64,000 bases of DNA, taken from positions 62,001 through 126,000 of the forward strand of contig JAAILG010000175.1 of the NCBI GenBank assembly GCA_012026655.1, read 5' to 3'. This DNA comes from Hydrolagus affinis (taxonomy: Eukaryota). How positions within the stretch are numbered: the stretch's first letter is position 1; each line of letters begins with the position of its first letter. Under the pieces are notes generated by a model that saw nothing but the letters and a program-made list of their open reading frames with translations, did no database searches and was not told the DNA's origin. Shown piece after piece: positions 11,930 to 24,924 of this stretch. A program made the position numbers and the translations under genes.

Positions 11930-12270
11930 AATTTATGGGGGACCTAATTCAAGTGTTTAAAGTTATAAAAGGGTTTGATTAGATTGACATAAATAGGCTG
12001 TTCCAACTGGTTGGGGAGTCCTTAACCAGGGGACACAAGTATCAAGTAGTGACTAAGGGACCTAAAAGAGAATTTAGGTAGAACTCCTTCATACAGTGGG
12101 TAGTGATATTGTGGAACTCTCTGACTGAAGTGGTGGTTGAATCAAATAGTGTAGATGCATCCAAGAGGAAACTAGACCTTCACATGAGAGAGAGAGAGGA
12201 ACAGAAGGGATGGCACAGACTGGTTGGGCAACTTGGCCTATATATTTTCATAAATCTTTGTAAGATATCT
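11930..12270 (+). mobile_element. CR1 LINE 3' fragment
   Basis: GGGGACCTAATTCAAGTGTTTAAAGTTATAAAAGGGTTTGAT...ACCAGGGGACAC...TGTGGAACTCTCTG, corresponding to the RGDLIEVFK, TRGH and WNSL motifs. Confidence 0.75.
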
Positions 12271-12289
12271 TCCGCTAGTCATAATACAA

Positions 12290-12630
12290 TAACATAATAA
12301 CCCTTACATTTTATACCATACCTTATCATATGTTGAAACATTTCAAACGGTTTCACAGGATTTACTGTAAGGTGTTGTTACTGCATATTTGTAAGTGAAT
12401 GCACCAACCAATGCCCCACAACTATAAACAACTATAAAGCGAATAACCAATTTCATCCTGTTGGCAAGGACACCAGGGAGAAACTCATTCTTGCCATGGG
12501 AATTTTAATGTTCACCTGAACAGACAGATGCAACTTTGTTCAAACATTGCAGCACTCTCCCAGCACTGTACTGGAGAGTCTGCCTCGTCTGTGAGTTCAA
12601 AGTCCTACATGGACTTTCAATGCACAATTT
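12290..12630 (-). mobile_element. Old Deu-domain SINE
   Basis: Reverse complement of tail plus Deu domain (GGACACCAGGGAGAAAC..GCCATGGGAATTTTAATGTTCACCTG). Confidence 0.6.
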
Positions 12631-13794
12631 TGAAACCTGATATTAAAAAAATACTCTTGGGATATCAATCTCTTTTTTAACATGGAGATTCCACAAATTA
12701 ACCACTAAATGCTCACATTAGTCCTGGAAGCTTTTGTTTAGATATACCAAAATATTCAGCTGATATACTATTTCCATTAAAAAAAATCACTTGCCTTGCA
12801 TTCCTGATATGTTGCCTTGCTGACATTTGTTACACAAATCACATCCAGTTTATTAGACACAACATCATAAATAACCTCATTAGGCGGCATCTTCACTTCC
12901 GAAAACACAGCAGAATCCTTCGGTGTGTAAGTTGAGTTTTACAATGCGGATTTGTGCTCCAAAGTGAAATTCTTCAAAAGCAAGAACTGCCCTTTTCAGT
13001 AAAATTAACTGATCCAAACCTCGATGGATGCAGGAACGCTTTACTGCTCATTATTTCTGGTAGGGAACTGTGAAGCTGTTTTGCCATTGCAGCTATGAAT
13101 TCTGCAGTTTTCAGTCTATAGCTTTTTGAATTACTGTAAAGGGGAAAACTAAATGCTAACTGTAATGGCAACAGATTTGCAGTTTACAGCTTGGTGACTC
13201 CTCTCTGAAAGAAGCTGCATGTCTGTTAAAACGAAAGCTAGACAAATACAGAAAAATATCATTAAATAAGACTCTGGTGGTCTCCAATTCTCTCTGCCTT
13301 TTCCTCTCTAGTTCCATCTTTCACAAATTTAAACTCACCGAATCCCCAGCCTACTGAGGACTCATGTCACCTCTAGTGTTGCTGAGCACATCTGACTGCC
13401 TGTTCCACAGAGGATTGATTTCCATCACCCTAGTCATCCTATCTGTGTAATCCACCTCAACTTTCTGACCCAGCCTATAGTTTTTACACTTCTAGCTCTG
13501 GTTCTCTATGGGGCCCTGCTCGCAATGCTACCACATACCTGTCCTCTGGAATTCTCTTCCCAAACCAGAAGCCTGAGGCTTCCCTCAACAAATCATAAAC
13601 ACGTACTGGGTTGCATTATGAGAGCATTTGAGTGCAAGACAAGAGAAATTATTCTGGCCTAGAATAGATCGCTGGTGAGGTTATAAAGGATAATGAGGCT
13701 TGCATCTGAAGGGAACCATGGCTATGATTCTATAATGCAGAATGAAAAATTATTTTGAACGGTGCGGGGGAAGAGCTGAGGAATAGTTGCCACC

Positions 13795-14040
13795 TCCACT
13801 AGAATGGCTCCTGCATGTCCCCTGTGCCTTGTATTCCACCAGTGGTGGCCATCCTTTCGGCCACTACACCTCTATCCGTCCGCCTTGTCCCCTTTTCCCA
13901 CATTTTTAGGTTGCGCGTGTAGATCTTCTTCTTTGACCGTGCTCCTGTCCCTGGCTCAGTGTTGTGCTCCACCATTCTCAAAAACTCTGGGAAGCTACCC
14001 TGTGTGGGGCGTGCTGTATAAATGCAAGTTGTTATTGCTG
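13795..14040 (+). mobile_element. L2 3' fragment
   Basis: CTCCTGCATGTCCC...GGTGGCCATCCTTTCGGCCACTAC...TTTGACCGTGC...TATAAATGCAAGTTGTT, similar to 43763-44068. Confidence 0.7.
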
Positions 14041-16029
14041 TAGTCTTTAACAATAGCAAAAATTGTTCAAGACAATTTAAAAATTAAATGTAGAGGTGAT
14101 AAATGTGTTTCCAAGTTAAGACTGGATTGATGAATTTTCCAGATTTCTGTGCAATCTTAAATTTTAAGTAAACATAATCTAGCGGGCTGAGACTAAGTGG
14201 AAAAATATACAGTCAATTCACTTTATAGTATCTTCGGTGAAGCTTTTTGAGATGCCTCAAAGACATAATGAGGTCCTACATCAAATCCAAGGATTATTAT
14301 TGTGATTATTATTATTAACAGCAAAATGTGAATTCACAGCTGTATAAGTCCCTGTGCAAGTATGAGAGAAAGTACAAGCCTCTGTTGCAGCTGTTGCGAT
14401 TTTGCTAAAACACATTCACCAATCATTACCATGTCATTGCTATTAGTATTACATTGTAGTATAAAGTGTCATTTTTAATAGTGTTCTTAAATTTGATGTT
14501 TTGTATTATTTCTGAATGTTTATAAGTGTGACCACATGGTTAATAATTGTGTGGCTCAGTTGTGAAAAATGCTGGAAATCAGAAATAAAAACACAAATGT
14601 ACAACAAATCAATCAGAGTTACAAAGAGAAACATTATTCACTGAGAATATATGATAAAAGGCAGTAACACCTTAAAACCATTTTGACCTGTTTTCTCTTT
14701 CAAAAGCTGACATATTTTGCATCGCTTTGAATGCTTCATTGCTTATCTTGCCCCAACCCCTTCTTCAGCTCCCCATTGCCCCTGTCTCGGATCCCAGCCA
14801 GCTGTGTTAAACATTTGAAACTTCATCCTGACATAAAAGGTGCTTTTTAAATGTAAAATATGAATTGTTTACCAAATGGTTGATAAGACAAGAATTTAGC
14901 CTAAACTGATTGTTTCGCTATTTGTTTTCTCTTCTATCTCAAAGGACACACTTTGTCAGCACCCACAAATAAAACATGGATAGGATCAGATTGACATCTA
15001 GAGCGAAGCACCAAACCCTACCCTACATTCAATAATCAAATCTGATCCTATTTGGATCAACTTGGATATGACACACTTTCTGTTTTAAAACCAATTGCTA
15101 ACAACCCATATGCACAATGCTGATGTTTTCTTTCATACGTGTTTGCAAATATTATGTGACCCAGGACGCCTGTAACTTAAAAGTCTAGTGTGAGAGATGC
15201 AGTTTATGATGAACATATATCTTGAGAGATGCTGAACATGTATCTTGTGTGATAGTAGAAGGAAGCCTAATGTGTTCGTTCTTGCGGTGATGTATTGCTG
15301 CATTGACTACATAGTGAACATCATGTCACCCATCATTTCTCTTTGTAAAACTTTATTCTGCTGTATTCCTTAAATTAAACAAAAGGGAAAGGAGGCAGGC
15401 GAATAATAGCTGCACGTTTGAATGTGTCACACAATTAAAAAAGAGATTTGTTGTTTTATTTGGTTTCGTTTTCAATATGTTGAAAGATTGCCAATAGCAT
15501 TAAGTGCACATGTGCTCAATGACATTAGATTGAGGAAAGATTTGAACTGCAAATATTTGATCTGAAGAACACTTATTGCTTCTGTGACAGGTACTAATGA
15601 TAATTGTAGCATTGTAATCTATAGTTTTCAAGTTTATAACCTTTTTTTTGAGTTAATTGTGCAGATTACTTTCAGATAAAGCTGCAATGAACTCACAGAC
15701 TATTAATCTTTCATACATCAAAGTCACAGAGCACAACGGCATCCACATCAACACCTTTGGCCTGATTTGAAACAAATGAGTCAAACAGAATAATTGCCAA
15801 AATAGTCCCATCTATTGAGGTACATCAATCACCATTGCAACAAGCAGGAGTCTGGTACTTTGGTAAGGTAAAAAGCTAAAAATGAATAAATTGCCGGTCT
15901 CTGCTAGTTCACAAAGTAAGTGTGATTATATGAGGCCAATATTGGGAAGACAATAAATAACAATAATCCTTGCATTTAATATAGTACCTTTCACATTAGG
16001 TAGGATGTGCCAAAGCGAAGGATTTTACT

Positions 16030-16343
16030 ATAATAATAATAATCATTGCAATTGATATAGCACTTTTCACGTCTTCTAGATATCTCAAAGCGCTTCACAG
16101 AATATACTGTAAAGTGAATTGACTGGATATTTGTGGGTGAAACGCGGCAGCCAATTGCGCACAGTAGCGTCCCACAAACAGTCGTGGATTGAAATGACCA
16201 ATTTATTATAGGTTTTTATGGAACGATTTAGTATTAGGCATGTGGGGTAAGGAAACTTGCCCAAGGTTTTGCCCTGCTTGGATTCGAAACACAGGTCTCA
16301 CGCTTGTGACGCCAGTGCTCTAATCACTGAGCTACAGGACTCC
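16030..16343 (-). mobile_element. Full-length tRNA-derived SINE, short variant
   Basis: Reverse complement has a GGAGTCCTGTAGCTCAGTG head, B box, Deu 3' part and (ATT)n tail. Confidence 0.9.
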
Positions 16344-18800
16344 AGGACTTACTTGTGTGGTTTTCCTTCGAGGAAAGATAGTCTATGATCCCTTTTAGAT
16401 TTATGTATGTTGGGGACATCCACACCTGCAGCAACACAAGACAATATCAAGCAGAGCTGTTAAACGAATGAACCATTTGATAGGAACGTGCCAAATGTAA
16501 AAAAGGAACAATTGGAGAAACAAAGAGGCATGTTAGGCCAAATATTGTTTATTTTGTACTCAAATATGGCAGCCAACTTGCATAGAGCAATGTTCCATCA
16601 ACAGCCAAGAAGTGAATGACCAATTTTATCTGTGGGATTGTTGGCCAGGATGCTGGGAGAAACTTCCTCACTTCCTCAAACCTCCTGCTTTATAATTTAA
16701 TTTCTATCACATTTTTAAACCATTTATTATAATTGTGCAAAACTTGAAATGGTCTGTATTGCACTTCAAAACCTAACTCATTTCCTCATTTGTTATAAAC
16801 CAGCCGTACAACAACAGCAACAACAAAATTACATTTATAGAGTGTCTTTCACATCGGGAGGACGTCCCGACTTATCCTCATGCACAATTAAACAACTAAG
16901 AAGATTAATAAAAGTTTTATAAATGGGGGCATTGGCTGATTGAGGCCCACAATGGAAGTCACACATGTGGACCCAGTAGAGCTTACAACAATGTATGAAA
17001 TCATAGCAAGGTGTTGATGCTTGCACCCACTTCTAAGTGACTTTGTGTTTAGTCTAGCAAACCAAAACCTCAAAACACAGTTCAATATTTCCTCACTAAA
17101 ATCTCCATTAACCTTTTGCAACTTTGCATTAGTCAGAACCATCTATTAATCATAAGGACCAGCGATCCACAGCAGATTTGTGTCTTTCTTTACTGGGTGT
17201 GTAAGTTATTTTGTCATTTCCTCTCTTTCCGTGTCTGCATTTCCCCGGCTGAAACTGTTTGCAGATGATAGAGGTACTATAAGCAGCTGATGGAAAAGCC
17301 TGACTTGCGTTGAAATTTTAACATCTTAGACACCTTCAATGCGTAAATGTCGGTGATTGAGAGAATGATATGGAAAGACATTAGAGGCTTTTATAATTCA
17401 AAGACTGCAAACACATTCATCATTACACTGTAATATGTAAATCGTGCAGTAGAATATATTGCCTAGTGAAGTGAATTCATGATATACTGGAGTTCTCCGT
17501 GCACTATGTAGTGAGATTATTCATCCTGATATGCTGGGGCTGGCTGGGGAAACATAAAGAGGATCTGATCCTATTTCAGAGTGGGGTTACTGAACCTCAA
17601 AAGAAATCGCATCAAGCCATATAAATCAAGGCCTGAATTTAAAGCAACTGTTCCTCCAAACAAAGGATCACAATATATTTACAATGAAGAAACATGTTCA
17701 GTCACAGTCGCTGATGTGTTTAGGAATGAATTTATTTCATCTATAATACTTCCCCTATAAGAGTACTTGACCTAGGCGAAGAGGATTCAAATACCAGAAT
17801 TGAGATCATGTAATATTTACAGTCTTGAGACAGGTTAACCAGTCTGAAGTTAACCAATATGCCTTCTTCAAGCTTCTCTGCTTGGAATTACATTTACATT
17901 GTTGTAATGTTGAAATCAACGTTACAATAATTTTAAAACAACTAAAGCTCTGAACTACACTCTTCTGTTAATGTAATTAAATGGTAGTTTTTTTTTACTT
18001 CCTTTTCTTCCCTCCTCCTCTTTCTGAAGGCAATGACTGATGATGGGGGAACGAGGATAACAGCTCCCAGGATGGTAATGGTACCACTGCTCAACTGAAC
18101 CTAATAGTGAATGCCAACAAGCTGCTGACCACGGAAAGACTATTCAACAGCGCAGAAACAAATGGTTTTTGTCAGCCTGTACGGAACTGTTTCATCCAAA
18201 ATATCTGTATCCAAACACTACAGTGTTCATTTGTCTAACCAAAAGGGAATTGTTACTCAATCTGACATTATTACCAATATTGTATTGCTCAAGAAATTGT
18301 ATATTACTGGAAAAATATCATGTGATGAAAAGCCATTTCATCTGGCATATCGAATTGATTGCACGTGAATGAAGGAACGTAGCTACAGGAATTAGCTTCT
18401 CATGAGCCATAACCTGAAATAAAAACTCAAGTAGCTGAGAGCAGGCACTGAGCAGCAGTGAGTGCCACATATTTGCAAAACCTGGGAACTTATGTTCAAC
18501 TTCCTGTGGCACTGTACAGCCGACATAATCAACAGCCAAATCCCTTTACATTGACTCTCACGGTACTTACAATGCACTATCTTAAAATCACCATGGCAAC
18601 TTGGGCTCAATTGTACTTCATGTTAGAAAGGCAGAAAAACAGGAACAAGAGGAGTCCTTTCATCCCATCAAGGCTTTTCCATACCTGATGTTTCACACCA
18701 AAATAAAACATCCACTGAACTACACTAAGGTAAGTTTGTTTTAATAGTGTTAATAAGTATATTGGAGGAATGGTGGAAAAAATAAAATTCAAAATTAAAG

Positions 18801-19795
18801 GTGTCAGCTACGTGAGTCTGGCTCAGTTAATAGTACTCTTGTCTCCCATATGATGTTTATGTGTTATATTTTTATTCATATACAGTAGGGGCTGTAAGTT
18901 CAAGCACAGCCATAGACCAGGCTACAACAACAACTTCAATTTATGTAGCGCCCTCCATGCGGACAGCGTCTCAGAGAGCTTCACAATAACGGATCCCGGG
19001 CCCGAGCCAGGAGCAGGGGGAGAAAGATGTCCAAAGGCACGGTCGAAGAGAAAGGTCTTTAGCTGAGACCTGAAACTGGGAAGAGAGGGGGAGAGGCGAA
19101 GGGAGTGAGGAAGGGAGTTCCAGAGCCTCGGGGTGTAGTGGCTGAAGGCACGGCAGCTGATGGTGGTGCGAAGGATTCAGGGGACAAGGAGGAGACCAGA
19201 CCCGGTGGAGCAAAGGCAACAGGTGCTGGTTTGAGGAGAGAGGAAGTCGGAGAGGTAGGGGGGTGCAGAGGAGTGGAGGGATTTGAAAACAAGGGTGAGG
19301 ATCTTGAAATCAATCCTCTCCAGGACAGCGAGCCTGTGAAGTCTGGCAAGGACTGCAGTAATAGGAGAGCGAAGAGTGGGTAAGAATGCGGGCGGCAGAG
19401 TTTTGAATGAGTTGGATTTGATAGATTGTGATGGAGAGGAGACCGTCGAGGAGGCTGACTCTCCAGTACAGTTCTTGGAATGTGCTGGGCTGTGGGAGGT
19501 GTCATTTTTTGGATAAAACGTTAGAGGCTCTGACTCCCTGTTCAGACAAAGTTAAAAATACTGTGGTACAATTCAAGAAATGAAATGGGAGTTTCTCCCA
19601 GTGCCCTGGCCTATAATCTACCAGAATAAATTGGTCATTCACTTCATGGATATTTGTGGGCCATTGCTGTGTGCAAATTCGGTGCCTTGTTCACCTACAA
19701 CATATACAATCGTCGCACGCTTTAGTAAATGTTCTGAAGTGCTTCGAGATATCCCCATGACATGAATGGCGCTACATAAAATGCAAGGATTATTC
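18801..19795 (+). mobile_element. Old tRNA/Deu SINE split by an L2 insertion
   Basis: Head GGCTCAGTTAATAGTACTCTT..AAGTTCAAG at 18801-18923; body resumes at about 19450 (GGCTGACTCTCCAGTACAG...GGAGGTGTC...AAATGCAAGGATTATT). Confidence 0.65.
18924..19425 (-). mobile_element. Young L2 3' end, tail type B, with ORF2 C-terminus
   Basis: (AAC)n tail; highly similar to 43763-44068; extends upstream to the QNSAAR..WL..RIDFKIL region. Confidence 0.85.
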
Positions 19796-20166
19796 ATATT
19801 TACTCATTTAAATTACTGTAGAGGTAGCAAAGTTTATTTCAGTTGTGAAGGGAACTGTAACCCACTCATAGCTTTATACAGTCTGAATATGAATGCACAT
19901 TGTACCAGGACATAACAACCTGAATAAGAAGACAGGCAGAAATCCTTCCTGGCTGGTCCCAAAATTGGATAAATAGCATCCTATACTTTATCTCTTGCAT
20001 CAGTCAATTACATCCTATTACAGTGATCATTATTGCTAAGTCTTTATAATGGAATTTTCAAATGTTCTGGGATACTACTCTGCCTGAAGAGTGCTTATAT
20101 AAATGCAAGTTGTTGTAGTTGAATTTCCTGTTTAGTTTTAAAAAATTGTATGAAAGATAGCAAATT

Positions 20167-20255
20167 CCCAGGTAGCAAGCCCATATGGGCCCCATATGGG
20201 ACAAATTCGGTTGATCCATGCCCATATGGGCCCCCACATGGGCTTGCTACCTGGG
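20167..20255. mobile_element. 89-bp MITE, EnSpm/CACTA (CMC)-like
   Basis: 18-bp perfect TIR CCCAGGTAGCAAGCCCAT; TT flanks on both sides (2-bp TSD); internal CCCATATGGG repeats. Confidence 0.7.
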
Positions 20256-21469
20256 TTACTGTATAATGATCAGTGCATATTGGAATCAAGAGTTCTCTTT
20301 ATCTAAATTTACATTGTTTCTTATGCCATTTTAATACTGTTCAAAAAATTTTTACAAACTGTCAAATTTTTGATACAGTATTTCATTCATAAAGAGACTT
20401 CCTATGCCAGTTTCCTATTCCGAGTCTTGTTTACTTTTGTTCTTTGCATTGCAACCCGCCAGGCAAACAGTGCTTAATGGGTTAAAATATCCATTGATGC
20501 CTGGAAAATCATGGAGAAATTTTGTCCCACAAACAGCCATGAAATTAATAACAAATATATCTGGGGGTTGTTTGCCAAGGTAACTGAGAGAAATTCCCTT
20601 CTTCTAAATATCCCATGGCATGACAGGTATTCAAAAAGAGAATGTTTGGCCAGACATCTCCCAATGTCTAGCTTACAATCCCTCAGCTAAAATTGGTTAA
20701 ATTCAGTTTATGGCTGTTTATGTACAATGCTGTGGGAAAATCAGCTGCCAAATTCATCTATAAAACACACAGTCATGACACACAGTCATGACACTGTACA
20801 GTAAAATCCTGTGAAGCACTTTGAGACATTTTGATGATGATGTGATCAAGGGCTAAATCAAATGCAAGGATTATTATCATTATGTTTGATACTACGATAC
20901 ACATACACCAAATAAAAGATAAGTGAGTACACTTAAGAGACTAATTATTTGCTGTACATTGAACATTGGGGAATTGGAAGAAGAGACAGTTTAACATGTA
21001 GCTGTCTGTGAAAGAAATATATAACTGTTTTTAATGTTTAATCTCTTATTGCATCAAATGAAAAAGCTGTTTATATAGAGTTACAGATAAAGCTCTTGCA
21101 GAGATCACATTACAATACAATTGATTCAGAATGACAGTCAATATATCACAAAAAACAGTTTATTGGATATATCTTCTGTAGGAAAATTATAGCATGAATG
21201 ATACATTACTGACAGAAATAGGAAACACTTCAATACAAACTGCATTGAAGCTGTCTTAAATTTACAACTGAGATAAACTATTAGCTGAAGAGAAACTTCT
21301 TTAATATCAATTTAACAATCTCAAATAACATGAATCAATTGGTCTCCCTATTTCTGCCTCAACCTGATGAAAGGACTTGTATGATACTGAAAGTTTGAGA
21401 GAAGAAATCTGTCACTTAACAGTTAAATAAATGTCACATTTTACATTATCCATCCTTTGAATTAGGCAT

Positions 21470-21720
21470 CAAAACTGAGGTCATTTCCACCCTCTTAGGT
21501 GGACATTAAAAATCCCATGGCACCATTCACAAAGGGAAATGGAATTTCTCTTGGTGTTCTTGTGAATAATCCTCCAGATGGAATTGCTCACGGCTGTTTG
21601 TGGGACATTGCTGTGTGCATGCTGGCAGCCACATTGCACATACAAAAATACTCCACTTTACAATGAATCCTACAAAGAGCTTTCAAAATGCCCTCCCAAT
21701 GTGAAGGTGCTTTAATAAAT
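21470..21720 (+). mobile_element. Old Deu-domain SINE fragment
   Basis: TAGGTGGACATTAAAAATCCCATGGCAC...GTGGGACATTGCTGTGTGCA...GTGAAGGTGC. Confidence 0.65.
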
Positions 21721-22269
21721 AATAATCTTTGCATTTCATATAGTACCTTTCACACTGGGAGGACATCTCAAAGTGTTTCATAGAAAATACCGTAAACTGG
21801 AGTGAATATGTGTTTGTGAACAAAATTAAATGCACGATTAATATTCCTGTATCAAAACACCAATGTATTACTGTGTATTGCTTGACACAATATAACTGAT
21901 TTCAGTAAAATTAAAAGGAATTAAATGGAGATCTGCAACATCATGCCTTCTTTATTAAAGCAATGCATGAAAATACGATTTGACAGGAGTATAATTGAAG
22001 GGAGAACAGCATGCCAATGATGTGAAACTAATACTGGCAGAATAACTATTTAGTTCAGCAAACCAATGGTAAAATCTGCAGAACTTCAGAAGCAGATCAA
22101 AACTGGTTACAATATGGACCAGGATTTTTTTTTAATATACTGTATCAATTTTTACTGGATTTCAGTTTTAATGAATTTTATCCCATTTTAAATACAGTAT
22201 ACAATTGTATAAAAGACGCCAGCCGTCTCTCCCCCCCCCACCCCCTGCATACCTTTATATTGCATTTGA

Positions 22270-22469
22270 GGACTATGAATACAACATGGCGGCTTTGCAC
22301 CTCAGTCTGTGCATTGTGTATAGGAGATGAGCATTCTGGGTCTTGTAGTTCCGATTTTTTCCCTCAATATATCGATTTTTCGATATATCGATATTTTTGA
22401 AATGCCTATATCGGTGTATCAATATGAAAATTATATTGGGTTTTAGCGATACATCGATATATACCCTAG
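22270..22469. mobile_element. Probable terminus of a non-autonomous DNA transposon (hAT-like)
   Basis: Clustered ATCGAT/CGATAT subterminal repeats ending CCCTAG; CpG retained; other end not found. Confidence 0.45.
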
Positions 22470-24510
22470 AAAGTAGTAACAAATTGAAATTGGTAAAATT
22501 GGAACTTACAGCACTGCCCCCATTTTATCACAGGCTCAACAAGTACGTAAATGAAGCCGCAGTGGGAGATTTTGTATTCTACATTTCCCCCCCAAGGCTG
22601 CTATTTTCCATTTGAGCATTTAAATTCAATCTGATTTCTATGTTGTCCTCTAATACTCACTCTGTGTTTTCGTTAGAATATAGCCAGAATATCCACTCTG
22701 TCTGGAAACAAAGTACTCACCAACCTCATCGGTGGTTTCAGCTGGGACCCTCAAATTGTTAAGTGAGAAAACTATTAAACCCAGAGATGAGGAGGGAAAG
22801 CTAAAGCAATGCAAATCCACCTTGTAAAGAATGCATTATGGAAATGCAGTCTGAAGAAGCAGCAGTAATAGTAATGGAAGATGAAATATGCTGCCAGAAA
22901 ATGTTGCATGTGAAATATTTGCTTCACTTTCCTATTCAGAAATACCTAGAGACAATTTAGTAGCAACCCAGAATCTGAAAATTATAATTTAAAAAGTTTT
23001 ACAGGTAAAATATTTGCCACTTATGTAACTGTAATTACTGCTGTCAGGTGCAATGATGGTCCTTGAAAAGTAGAGTACAATAAATCATACTCCACAATGA
23101 AGTACACATGTCTCTTTCACAATACAATAAATATCTCACCCAGTAATCTTCTATGTACTTCTTTAGTTCTTTACCTACATATTTATTTGTTTTATTTCAC
23201 ATTGATCTACTTAAAAACTTTTTTTTAATTTTCATTTTGTGTGATATAGAGGTCTTTGTTTTCCTGCACAGAATCACATGCTTTGAAGGAACACATATTA
23301 GACATTTGTTATTTCAACTCTTATTGCTCTATTTAAAGTCCAAGTTTATTGGAGCTGAGTGGGTGCACACAGCTAAAGTAATTTCAGTTTTTTCACAAAC
23401 TCCAGTGATTAATTGGGGCTCACTGGAGTTTTTTCACAAACTCCAGTGAGCTACCTGACTTGTGGTCAGGTAGCTCACCTCAAAATATGTGAACAAAATC
23501 TATCCACATGACAGTTGTCATCATGTTGTTTCAGCCACATACAGTAATAATATGAAATTCTAGCTTATTCAATAGTGTGAGATAGAGGCAAACACAGTTT
23601 GCACAGACATGGGCATTGTATATTAAATTATAATCCTTGCACTTATTATAGTGCCTTTTCATGTTGTCAAGACGTCTCAAAGCGTTTCACACCATTTTCT
23701 CGTGAAATGTAGTGACTGTATTTGTAGGCACAGGAGACAGCCAAATTAGCCACAGCAATGTCCTACAAATGACCATGAAAAAAAATGATCAATCATATAT
23801 TTATGCTCTAGAAGGGATATGCTTATTTATCTGTCAAAATTGTTTGAAAGGAATACAATTTTAACTACAGGGCAGTAACTGAATTGCAAGCTCTTGATTG
23901 CTTCATAAACCCACAGAACAGAGTTCTTTTAGTCTAAATATCTTCCACATTCAATTAAAGTAGCATTTTGATCAGTACCCCAATTTTCCACCAAAACCAG
24001 CGAGGTGCATGACATGCAAGAAATAATGCAACAAGAAATAATCTAAAACCAAAGTTAAAAAGATGATAAACAGGGAATAGAGAGAATGTAAGAAAGAAAA
24101 TACAGATATATAATTTACACCTAATGAGTCACGGCTAATTGTTTGTTTATCTTTATTAATCTTTAAAGATTTTTTTACAGTACAGTGTATTAACAATATT
24201 AAAATGACAAAATAAAGGTATTCCTGACACGCAAGTGGTTTTATTACTGATTTTGAAAGTCACAGTGAATGGGTGAAATCGGGAATACCAAGAAGTACAA
24301 AATGCCGCCATCTTCACCAATTTAAGGGTTAACTGTGTTCATTTCCTCCCTGTTGTGTAGGTGTTCTGACGTATGCCTTTGAAGGGTGAGAGAGCATCCT
24401 GGTGATCTGCTCCAAGGTCTCCACTTAAACTGATCTCAATATAACTTGGATGGATAACATATATAGATATCAAATCCATATTTTACCATTATGAAATTCA
24501 CTACCATATG

Positions 24511-24866
24511 GGAGTCCTGCAGATCACTGGTTAAAGCACTCACTTCACAAGCAAGACACCTTGGTTTGAGTTCCAACAACGCAAAAACGTTAGGCAAGTC
24601 TCATTATTCCATATGCCTCTGCTTATCTAGCAATAAATAGGAACCCAGTTGTTAGTCGATTGGTGGATCACTTTTCCAGGAGTAATAATCCCTTTAAAAA
24701 AATTGGTCACTCATTCCATGACTGTTTGTGGGACACTGTTGTGCGCATTTGGCTGTTACAGTTCACACACTACAGTCAATTCACTTTACAGTACATTCTG
24801 TGAAACTCTTTGAGAATTCTTGAAGACATAATAAGGCACTATATCAAATGCAAGGATTATTATTAT
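24511..24866 (+). mobile_element. Full-length tRNA-derived SINE, long variant
   Basis: GGAGTCCTGCAG head, extra GCCTCTGCTTATCTAGCAATAAATAGGAACCCAGTTGTTAG segment, Deu 3' part, (ATT)n tail. Confidence 0.85.
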
Positions 24867-24924
24867 CATCATAGACAACAACCTTAGACCATAAAAATAG
24901 ACCTCTATTCTTAATCCCATATAC

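Noticed and set aside
14568-14722. Degenerate palindromic relative of the Penelope-like repeat
   Set aside because: Too diverged; the ribozyme core is not intact.
18625-18735. Possible plus-strand exon ending AAG|gtaagt
   Set aside because: Good donor but weak acceptor, unrecognisable peptide and no partner exons.
19059-19505. 148-aa Pro/Ser-rich ORF
   Set aside because: Alternative reading frame of an L2 fragment.
21363-21400. Third hammerhead-like motif, CTGATGA...GAAAG
   Set aside because: Stem II does not pair convincingly; at best a decayed Penelope-like end.
24270-24332. piggyBac-like end (AGGG-TTAA) with a YY1-like GCCGCCATCTT; similar GGGTTAA at about 20483
   Set aside because: No matching left TIR found; the motif is too short to support a call.
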